From positions 644,150-708,149 of the forward strand of contig NMRA01000073.1 of the NCBI GenBank assembly GCA_002633005.1: DNA of 64,000 nt, given 5' to 3'. Shown here piece by piece: positions 1 to 11,200 of the stretch. The notes beneath the pieces were generated by a model that worked only from the letters and a program-made list of their open reading frames with translations, was not told where the DNA came from and searched no databases. A program made the position numbers and the translations under genes. The stretch is from Phoronis australis. Taxonomy: Eukaryota; Animalia; Phoronida. Each line of letters starts with the position of its first letter. Within the stretch, counting starts at the first letter, position 1.

Positions 1-89
1 CCCATGACATCTTATCAGAATGGGACGTCTGCTGTCAGTAGCTAAGTGATGACGTATTTCACGTAAATCGGCCTTCGGCCCACATTACA

Positions 90-870
90 AGCATATAATA
101 AACCGAGAGTACAGGATATCTAAACCAAGAAACTTATCTCTACGTTTCTCAGCATATATTTAGCAATTTTTCTCAGGTTAGTCATGGGTCTGTAGGAGAT
201 CCCCCAATACTGCTTCACCCACCCTGTCGAATCTATGTGCAAACTGTATGCGCAAATCAGAATATAATTACAATCGAGAAGAAAGTGTACTTCTGATTCC
301 TCCTTTCCACTATTGCAACAGGGCCATGTTCTCTCATCTCTACGAAGACCAATAAACCTCCCCTTAACTGTTTTAGAACGAGCCGAACGTCTAAATCTTG
401 CGACGGCTGCGCTAACTGAATTGTTTTCTTGGCATGCTATGTAGTTTTCAAGACAAAAAATCATTTTTTGCAATTTTATAAACATCTATATTGTTTCTCC
501 AATCCTGGACATCACGTCACAGCATCGTTTCTTATGAGGAGTCTCAATGAAAAGTTACATGGTGAACCGATTTGTTGGACGTCTGGCCTGCTTTCAGACG
601 GTAGACCTGCCTTCAGTTTCTATCGTGAGAAGCCAACGCTCTTTTCGCCTGTTGGCCAGAATACGGTAAAGTTTCCTCAAATAATGGCAAAAAATGTCTT
701 CCTGTTGCCTTGTTTTTCAAACGGCCAGTGTATTGCCAAGAAGGTTTAAAATTTCATTGTGTGTTTATTGATGACAGGTCTGCTTTATAATTTTTCCAAA
801 TAATGAAGTAAAATTGTCTCTTTGTTTACTCTTGTTGAAAATTTTGATAAAATGAATTTTTTATGCTCCT
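90..870 (-). mobile_element. Decayed non-LTR retrotransposon (LINE) ORF2 3' fragment
   Basis: Minus ORF 120-485 contains ...GRFIGLRRDERTWPCCNSGKEESEVHFLLDC, resembling the 'GRY...ERxCxxC...EDExHFLLxC' C-terminal Cys/His motif of invertebrate LINE ORF2. Stops and frameshifts present; boundaries approximate. Confidence 0.6.
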
Positions 871-1367
871 CCATATTGTATATTTATTTGAAGAAACTTT
901 ACCTAACCGTACTGACTCTAACCCACAGCAGATTGGACGAATCAGTGAACGTTCTGGATACATGTCACTACTCAGAAGGCTCACCGCGGACCCGAAGGTT
1001 CACTACTCCCAGAGTTCATTACTTCCGAATTCACTCTGAATATTTGCTAATGAGTCCTATTTCTGTCGGCAGACCTAACCAAAATTCACACTGACAGAAT
1101 TTGTTATGAACCAATTCTGTATCCTTGCCCAGATGGAAATCCCAGATCTGACAGTCCGCAATAATTGATAATATTCAGCGTTGAACAATCTCAATCAAAG
1201 TGGTAACTGGTTCTCCGATATTTCCTTTCAGAAAGCACAATTAATACTTTTCAAGCATTTCATTTCCGTTTTTGTCAGTACTTTACTGAGCGACCAATCT
1301 GTGCATTGAAAAAAATTGCAAAATTCAAACAGCTCTAGATCAACACTGAGTCGGCGAACATTCATTA

Positions 1368-2187
1368 CAGTCAAGTGACCTAATTATCGGACGTTTTGGC
1401 AAATTTTGCATTATATTTAATTGAAAATTACGGATTGTCGTAAATTCTTTGCTGAAATAAAGAATTACCTTTATAGAATTGTTGTGTTACTATATCTTGT
1501 CACCGAAAGCCACATTTATGTTCCGACTGAACTTTAAAAAACACAACAAGCAAACCTTCGGAGAACCTAAATATCGGACACCATGGTTCCCCATACGCCA
1601 CACCGCGGAAAACTGACTAACCACGTAATGGCCGCGGGCACCTTGTAGCCAAATTTCAGCTCGAGTGTTTTGACATATATGCTACTAGAACACAGGTCCA
1701 TTCGCAACAAAATTATCCATAAAATGAAATCTGATGACGGCGCCAAGTCATTTCGATGAATTAGTGCAGACGACTAAAGCACGTGCAAACTCACTGCAGT
1801 TTTTAGTATCACTTTGGCTTCTTGATATGACACCCGCACGTGCGCGGTCGGGGTTTGACTTGAGTTTAAAAACAAATGAAAAAATGGAACAGTAACATAT
1901 TGTCAGTTCAATGAGAAAGTTTCATTGTGGAAAAAGATTTTATTTTCAACTTTTATAACCGATTTATGCGATCGTACATTTTAGGCCGACTTGGGGGTCT
2001 AAATTGCACCCTTTCTCGGTGAAATCAAAACGAGGCAACACTGTAAAAAAACGAGACGGTGCCGGACATTGAATGCATTACAACGGAACAACAATTGGTG
2101 TCATTTATTTCTCAGAGTATGCTTCAAGTAAGATTTTTTGAAATGTCCGATATTTAGGTTCCGTCCGATAATTAGGTACACTATGTG
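1368..2187. mobile_element. Non-autonomous Tc1/mariner-like element with IR/DR-type ends
   Basis: TA at 1366-67 and 2188-89. Left end CAGTCAAGTGACCTAATTATCGGACG vs right end reverse complement CACATAGTGTACCTAATTATCGGACG (16 bp perfect core). An inner pair GAACCTAAATATCGGACA lies at 1563-1580 and inverted at 2144-2161. No transposase ORF. Confidence 0.7.
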
Positions 2188-3504
2188 TAGAACCATCAGC
2201 CCTTTCCAGTTCTTTCTTCAAACAATGAGCGCAATTGCTTCACTAAGTTCAGAAAAAGTGAAAAGAAAAGGACGACAGTTGACAACTTTGTCTTTCGCAC
2301 TTTAATGAACATGCAAACTCACTGGGGAATTTGAACTTCGTTGTTTGGAAGGCATGTGGTATGGATGTGCTCAATATCATCAAACTATTTCAAAATGCAC
2401 CGAAATGTTGATTTTGTAAAGCGTCATACATAGGCGGAGTCAAAAGGCTCTTAATTAATAATGGACACGACCAAAAAGGGTTTATAACTGAGATACGCGA
2501 ACACTTTTCCCTCGACAATCGTGATCATTGGCTCCACGTTTCATAAAAGTGCTTCCGATGTTTATCAGTCATTCTGGTCCTTTGGTTCGATTGTTTTGAT
2601 GCTGCAATACTCTTATGGAATTGCAGAGGTGGATATTCAGAGGGTTCAGGGGTTCACCCCCCCCCCCCCCCGGGNAAAATTAGCCCGAGAAACGAAATCA
2701 GCTACTAAAAAACACAAAAAATCTTACATGGAAGGGGGTTTCCCCCTCCTTCCTTCGGATTCGCTCGAATCCTAACCCCCCCCTTACTGAAAACGTAGAT
2801 CTGCCACTGAATATTGTTACTGAGATGCTTCTTTCCCGGCAGGTTGTAGACACGGGAATTACCTATTCAAGTCTCGCTTACGTAACGTCTTCCTGTTAAC
2901 TGTCGGCAATTGGGCGCTGCGATACCCGATTTTTTATACGTCTGTATAGTTTAATAACCTTCATAATCTACAGTATTTCATATTTTTATACGTTTTCTGT
3001 AGGATTTTAACTATTGTGCCTTTAATATTATACTTTATTATCTTGAATCTAATTGAAGTCCATTTAGTGCCGGAACCAGGCAATGCCCATTGAACATTAC
3101 AATAAAATCAGCCTCTCCTGTCTAGACTTAGTAATGAAAGGTGTTCAATGTAACACAATGTCAACTGTATTATTCACTTTTCGGCGGATACCCAGCTGTA
3201 CTTCATTCACAATTTTATTTGTATTTGACTAATTCATTCACCTCTTACATAAAACCACGCGGCTCGGGCACGGCTCGCTCACAAAATCCTCTCACGCACG
3301 CTATTCCTCTCTCCCGGATCCATACCTGGTGCACGAAAAGACTCGTTAGCTCTTTCGGAGCCCTGAATACTAATCGCTTTAAATGCAAACCTGCGGGTTT
3401 GGCCTCCGATACCAACAATTACTTTCCCAACCCGAGCTCTAAAACAAAGTGTGCTTTGGAAACTTCGTCAGCCCTCGAAAGTTTAAAAACAGTCTATGAG
3501 ACGA

Positions 3505-3518
3505 GTTGTCACGGCAAC
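3505..3518. promoter_or_regulatory. RFX X-box-like palindrome GTTGTCACGGCAAC
   Basis: Close match to the RFX consensus GTTGCCATGGCAAC, in a CpG-richer stretch ~1.5 kb upstream of the HAL ATG. Confidence 0.4.
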
Positions 3519-4990
3519 CGTGGGCAAATACCCCCCTCCTACCGACATTGAGTGTGAGCTTAAAATGGGTCCGTGCTTTAACCATTGACACAAGTGAAGG
3601 TAACAGATAGAGCTTCCGTGTTGAATGAGTCACCAAAATGGGGTTCAGTATCCTTATAGTGGCACACTTCACGCTGTTTAGCTCTTTAAAAACGCCGAGA
3701 AGTCGAATTTGGACATTGACTTTAATTGTCATGGGATCGGTGCACATTTCAGTTGGCCACACTCTACCCTAAGTTTCAAGGGAGGCCACTACGATGATGG
3801 CGGGATGAACAACTTGAGGCTGCCTGGTTCTAAGTTGGCATTGCCGTCAACCCTAAACTTACAATTGTTGATTTTGATCGGCTGACTAATGTTAGAACTG
3901 ACGTACCCCCCCCCAAAAAAGCCTCCATGCGCAAGCCACACATACTCAGCACTAGTCGGCTTCAGTACTAGTGATGGGCCCTAAATCAGGCAGACTGAAC
4001 GCGGCATTTTTAAAGTATTCGTTGATCTTTGTTACCTGTGGTTACGAACCTTCCAGTCTTAATGTCGTACCGTAGTCTATTTATCTGTCTTAGTTGCCAG
4101 TTCAAATAAAACAGCTATGGCGGACCCCAAGTCTTGCGGCGTGCGGGAGAAGGGCTCAAAATATTCTGAAAAATATGGATCGTATCGAGGCAAAGGCAGA
4201 AAACTGACGAAGGCAGAACGATTCTGGCTGTCGAACTTTCCTATACAGAGATAAAAATGAAGAGTTAAAAAAACGCATTTACGTCGGAAACGGGGAAGAA
4301 GGCTGTTGCAGCTCAGTGGGGATAACTCAAAATTAAAAGACATCCAGTCGGGTGATCACGAAACTGGCGAAGCCTTGTAGATGGTTTTGTTGTTCTTGTT
4401 GGTAACGGACTGAAGAGACTTGCTACCAACGTAAGGAACATTTTGAGACCAATTTTATAAGAGTAAAATGCCTAACTCGACTTTTCATTTTGTCAACTGG
4501 AATCTCTCACAAAATATTACTTACGAACAAAACTCTAAGAAAAGATGACATTTTCATGAAAGCTCTATAAAGGTTCCGTTTTTGAGAAAATTCTCCACAT
4601 GGGACACGGTAATAGTTCTAATCTTTCAGCCGACGGTACCCGTCACGGCTTTGTTTTTTTTTTTTTTTTTTGATATGCATTCCGATGTCTCCAACTTCGA
4701 CGGTGTAAGCTGGTGTTAACAAGGCCAAGACAACACTGCACACGTCTTGGTCTAGGCTTTGACCCAATTTCCGTTATAAAGGTGTGTAACTATTCAGCAT
4801 TGTGATAGGCTGTCAAGATTGCTGAATCCTGTTTACAAATGAATATCCAACCCACGTGAGATCCCGGACAAATAAAGAGTGACCAAGGTAGGCTAATCAA
4901 AAGCCCATTATTCTGTTGTACTGGGGTTCGCTGTCCGGTATCAAAATACGTTAGCCTGAGCAGTGAGGCCAACTCGATCGAGGCAAGGTG

Positions 4991-5234
4991 ATGAAAGTTT
5001 CCGTGAGAGTTCGCGGGGAGTGGTTTGCCGTGCCATGTAAGGGATCGGAGGACATTCGATGGCTAGGCAACGAAGCTTTGAGAAGGTACTGCAAGACGTT
5101 TGACACGACGAAAGAAAATGACCGGCGAGACGAGATGAAAGTGTATGTCCTTCGCAAAACCAAAGGTGGAGCCATTCTAGATCCGGACGATGTCATTTGT
5201 GACGTGTTGGTCGACGATGAGTTCGTGTCTGTTG
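4991..5234 (+). CDS. HAL: HAL coding exon 1 (Par3/HAL N-terminal domain)
   Basis: ATG 4991; [18 protein letters not shown]...DDEFVSV; donor G|GTAAAT, phase 1. Confidence 0.9.
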
Positions 5235-8200
5235 GTAAATTCTTTACGTGATTTCAGTTAATTATTTTACGTCATAGACAGGCTTGCTTACATTTCCAAC
5301 CTGTTTCATGATCACGGGCCGACTCGTGAAAAAATCACAGGCACATTGAAGATGTCATCTGTGCTACGACGGTCCACAATGGAAGTAACGCCGAGCGATA
5401 CTTCATTGAAATCTGGATGGCCCTTGTTTGGCAGTTCAAATATGTTAATTGCTGGGTGGTGTAACCACACGGCATCTCGTATTCTACTAGGCTATGTTTG
5501 TCTTTTGTTGTGGCCATGGAAAGAGGCGCAGTTTGTTGACCAAATTCAACGAGTTCGTGAGTTGTTTACAAAGTACCATGTATCTTATTCTATTACCTGT
5601 ACTGCAACATGTTGCCCTTATCACCAAATAAAGCAGCCATTCTTTTTAAAGTAAACAGAATTTGACATCAAATTTTCATTTACAATTGATGTTTCAAATT
5701 TCTGCCACTGCATGCTCCAATGAAATGACGAATTGAGAAAATTTTAAGTAAAGGGTTACAGTTTGAAAATGGACAAGGTATCAGGTTACTAGAATCCGAG
5801 AGAGCCGATAATACGCTCCACTGAACTCGGCCAAGGCATCAAAGGAAACGTATTAAGAATGAACATAAAGTATACTAAAACACGCGTGGTCAACTGTTAG
5901 GCACTTGCGCCTGTTACGGAAATACTTGATAAAGAACACATTCTCTGATGTAGCTGAATAGGGCTAAATACGCGAACATAAGCGAAAAGGATTCAAGTAT
6001 GTCTGGGTGTTTTTCAGTGTTAACGCTTTTGAAAAAAAAAAAAAAATTCAGTATTTTGATAGGCCTACTTTTAAAAAAGGGAAGTGATGAATATTTCCAA
6101 ATATGTTTTTTTCGACACAGTTTGCCAAAATAACGAAACGAGTCGCTGTATGATGTCATTGGTTACCTTATAAGGTACTTGAGCAACAGGTTATTTAATA
6201 TGAAAAGTGTCGATTTTTGTTATTTTGGCGTTAAATTATGAATCAGGGGCCCGTTCTAAGAAAACTGACTTAGCTAAAACAAATCTTAAGTTTCAGACAA
6301 TTTTAAGATAAATCTTAAATTTGTTTCAAGTCCGTTTCCAGAAAGAGATCTTAAATTCAACTTAGGTTTTTGACTGACGTTTTGTCTTAATTTTGACTTA
6401 CTTACCGGATGAGGAAGCTCCAAAGTCTGGAAGTTGAATCCAATCTTAGACTTAAGTGAAAAAGTCAGTTTCTTGGAACGATCCCCAGTACTGGTTCCTA
6501 GAGTTAAGCAATAGCTCGCGACGTCAAATGTTACAATGGCGTCATGCTAAAAAAAGGAAAATTCAACTATAGACATTAGGTGTGACTTTTTCAAACGGCA
6601 AGTTTGAACTTATTAAAAAAGGAAACGAGACTTTTAGGTTTAGTTTGTTGACATCAACTTAACTTGGTCCACAATCCTGACAACATAGCGTATTCGCCAT
6701 CTTGTGACATGCAGCGGGATAACCGTGATCTGTGACGCTGTTTGAGATAAAACGTCTCTGGTCGAGTCATGGACCGATTGTAGTTGAGTGACTTCTTTAC
6801 CTCTGCCGTCTTGGTTTATGTGCACTACTTGAAAGCGCTGCTGAAGCTAGTTTAAACGGAAACAACAAACGTGAAGGTGAGATAAAAGGTCAGATATGAT
6901 TAGGGGAAATGTTACGAATAGAATACGATTCATCATGGGCGGCGCACCATAGAAGGCTGGGGGCTATCAGGGGCGGATCCAGGATTTTGAGTTGGGGGAA
7001 GCAGGGCAGAGTATTAGCCAGGAACTGCCAAATGGAAGCTGGGAGAATTTAGGGGGGCATGGACCCTTGCCCCCTCTAAATCCGCCACTGGCTATAGCCC
7101 CCACTTATTTCACTGCTGTGCCGCTCATGGTCATATGGGCGGCGCCCCATAGGGGGCTGGGGGGGCTATAGCATTCCCCACTTATTTCAGTGCTGCGCCG
7201 CCCATGCTCACGAAACTGAAGTATAGTTGACAATTCGCCCACAGTTTTATATGGACTTAAACCTATGTTAAAAGACATTTTATGAGAGAAAAGAAACCCA
7301 TTACAAGGCAACAACATGCCATAGACCAAGTGAGACATAAAGATGAAGGAAATGTATACACATATGGGTTACTGGAGGGATCGAAGTCTTGTTGAATAAT
7401 TGAACATAAAAAACGGAATTGATGAGCAAAGGAGGACAAAAAAGCCAAATTCATGCAAAACAGATTTGAAAAGCACTTTTTGAGCTCTCTTAAGAACTCA
7501 AATTTTGAGGTTACGAATAGCTCCGCACATGCGCAGCCGCAATGCTACGATGATTGGGAAAAGCTTACGGTAAAAATTCGTCAATTTCGGACAAAGGGAA
7601 CTGCTCAATTAGCATAGCCATTTTTGTATTTTTCAGATACTTTTACCAGTTGCCGTTTGGTAACAGCTATACCGTACAAACCACGCTAACAAAGTAAATT
7701 TTCCTGAACATTAATCTTTGATGAACAATTCATGACAAAACAAGTTCATCACAAAATTTTTCCGTAAGTGTCGTAGTGCAAATACAGTTGTAAGCCCTAA
7801 GTGTAACAGATTTTTTTTGGATTGTTTTGTTGAGCAAAAGCAGTATGACTAATTGTACAACAAAATAAAATTTTAGCATATAAATAGCCAACATGGCGAG
7901 AATGTGTCTTGGTCTCAGTTGCTGCCTTGCATGTCAGTTAGATTAAGGCTTGATCACTTTTCAATTGGTTACGTAAAACGTGAAGTGTCTGGTACTGTGA
8001 TTTCTTTTGTATTTACCAAACATTTTTAGCTCTTTACAAAGTAATACGAAGTTAAGTAGAGGTAAACCCACTCAACTGAGAGTTTCGAGGTAATTTGTGT
8101 ATACTTCCAACAGTAAGGTATTTTATGAGACTGAGGATTTTATGGCAGAAAAACCTAATTCGATTTTCGTACTTAGCCAGTTAACAGGGTGAAATACAAT

Positions 8201-11200
8201 TTGAAGTGCAACTGTATATGAGTTCCTGCGCTGGATTTCACAGGTCACTAGCTGTTCAGTATTTCATACACTTTTCTGTGGGGCCCAAGGAAAGTGTATA
8301 AGAAAGATGAATTGTCTATCCCAGCTTCAATTGATTTATGGCATGCGTTGTGTTTGCTTTCAGTTCTAGAGACTGACAGAAATACGCCGGCAATTGGTCC
8401 TATTGAGATGAAATATGTCCCTGAGCAAATGTATCCTTTTGATGAACAAAAAACATATGTTTGATAAGTGGTAAGAAAGTTCAAACGGCTTATAAGTACT
8501 TTATTCACCTGTTCGGCGTCTTGAACTATCTTGATGACCGTGTGACATATACCGTGCTCATCCGTCTATGTTCTGCTTGCACCCACCCGCGAAAGGTACC
8601 TATTTTCCCAGCGCCCATTCTGGGGTTAGCGTTCATCTCTAAATTATCCTGCGACATTTTAGCTCAACAACATGCGCTGTGTGAAATGCGCTTATTGTTG
8701 TACTGTACGTGTAACAACCCCCAATTTAAGGACTGAGTCCCTATTTATTTTCAATGAACTCTGGGCTTAGTTTTTAGTATTAGAAAAAATGTCATTAATG
8801 AAAGAGGAGCTCACAATAAAGATGAAATTGTAATGTCTTGTGGAGAGAGGAGTGAAGAAGACGTCTTTACTTGAACACTACTTTATAGAGGACTGACTAA
8901 CTACTGTACAACAACATGTTTTGCAATACACAAGACCACATGTATGTGAGTTACAGTTCATAGAACTGTTTGGCAAGAGTTATATAATAAACCATTCTAA
9001 CTAATTGCGCCATATAATTGGTAAGTGTAATTCCAGTACAAACCACAATACTATTAAAGAAATGGTAGAAAAATATTGTATCTGTGAGTCCATAAAGACA
9101 CAAATGGGCAAAAAGACTGAATGACCTTAGTTGAGTCTCTATTTGGGACTGTTTCATGCAACCGGGCACGGAAAATGGTGATCCCATTCAGTGAATCCTT
9201 TTGACTAGTAGACTAATAACAAAAATGACATAACGGCTTAACAAGTATTGTGTCTTGCAAACTGTAATGCCTTATTAAGTCTACCTTGAGTACAAATAGG
9301 TGAACTGAATAATAGTTTCACAATTCAAAGTTCTTGTAGCTGTTAATGCGACTGTGGTCGTAAGGCAAAAAGAAATTGGAAAAGAATAATGTCAGTTTTG
9401 AGAACCAACACTTGACGCTGCAATTCAACCTTGGGGTCTAGTTGATGTAAATTATTTCTCAACGGCTCGTACTTGACAAACTACATACAGATCGGCATTA
9501 AGTCAAGAAGACAGGGGTTATATGATTTTGGATGGCCACTCTCTCAGCACCGATGATTTGGTCAAGTTAGGAAAGGGACTTTATAAGATTAAGGTGAGGC
9601 TTTTTCATTGATTACGAGTGTGATAAATCTACCAGAGAGTAACCCCGAATGATTTACCTAATTTCTCTTTGTGGGGGAGCTCAAACCATTCTTTCAATGG
9701 CATTACTGCGTCTAAAGAGGTGGCATCAATTTAACGAACCAAATAAGAGGGTTACTATATCTTCGGTTGATGCACTTCAGATGCAGTTGACTCTGTCAAT
9801 ACAAAGAATGGTCTGTTAGACAATGTAGTCATTTTCTATCGCGGTGTGGTTCAATTAATAACTTGACAGCCATTTTGAGAGGTTAAATAACCCGGCCTCA
9901 TTTAAGGTGGTTGGCTGGTGAGCATGCAGAAAAGGAGGAATGTTGCGTTGGGAGGAAAATGAAATATCAAAAACTTTATGATACTATTACTCGCAATGTT
10001 ATTACTTAAAAGACTTGAGGTAGCACTTTTTTCTGAAGTGCCAATTGTTTCGATTGTATCATTCGTTCAGCACCATATTGAGTTTCTGACTGATCCTTTC
10101 AGTTATCAGCAGAGTCCAGAGAGAAACTGAGAAGAGCTCGTGACTTCCTTGACAACATTGTTAAGGATCACAAAGGTATGACTAATTCTAGAGTTGTAAC
10201 TAACTCAACCTGGCAGGTTCCTAGTTGTACCGCAATTTTCCTAATATTTCGTACGTCACTTTAATTCGAACATTGAAAAATATAATTCGCACGGGACTAC
10301 TTAACGGAAAAGTTTTGAGAACTTATGAAAAGAGACCTATACACCCAGTATTAAAATGTCTCATAGTATTTTCTTTCAATCCAGATTACCATGAAATCAA
10401 ATACAAAGGATTAAGTTTCTTCTCAAGACTTTCTACGTTCCTGAAAGAACTGCGCAGTGCTAATGAGGCCATGTTAAAATTCCAAGCTTCAGACTGTAGT
10501 GCGTCATAGCATGGGTGAATCTTTCTGTTGAAGAAATTAATCAGCTGCATTAAGTCCATTTTTATCATGCATGATTTTGAATGCTAACTCATCGTAATAA
10601 AACGGGTAAACTCAGGACTGTTCCCCCAAACATGAACCAAAACAATGGTTTTCAAATATGAAGCCATGAAGCTTCAATCTTAGGGTTGTCCTTTATTGTA
10701 ATTTATCATGCAGTTTGAGGAACGGAAAATGAGTACGTATCACCCCTGGAAACTACTTTAAATTGAAGAAAACTGGCAGTAGTCTATTCTCTTGCAGTAT
10801 AACCCAAGCCTGCAAAATTCAATAAAAGCACAGTTTTAAAATCTGAAACTCGTATCACAAAATCTGCGAATCATGTGTTATCTAAAACAGATTAACTTGC
10901 GATTTCCCAGTTTCAACTTTTGACCGGATGTAATATCCCATTGACAAGTGGCAAGAATTTCCTGAACCCAGGATTTAATCTCTGAACTCAGAGTAGACTC
11001 AGGCTCGACACTTTAAACCAAACACGCCGCATGACACGAGCACAAATTTGAGACTTAACTCGAAGAATGCCGGACAACTGGTCAATTTTCGACGAGTTTG
11101 GAGCAAAATCATTTCAGAGATTAGCCGTGGCCCTTGACTACCTCAGTAAGATTTCGTCACTTGGCTTTTCATACCTATTCAAAAATACATGGTAACGAGA

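Noticed and set aside
4117-4254. Short plus-strand ATG ORF upstream of HAL (MADPKSCGVREK...)
   Set aside because: About 45 codons, no recognisable similarity, and no splice link to HAL.
6826-6876. [17 protein letters not shown]-like segment as HAL exon 2
   Set aside because: Preceded by CAC rather than AG, and its donors are all phase 1, so the frame does not close.
8030-8089. 60-nt AG..GT segment ([19 protein letters not shown]) as HAL exon 2
   Set aside because: Open only in phase 2 to 2, incompatible with the phase-1 donor at 5234; exon 8364-8430 fits exactly.
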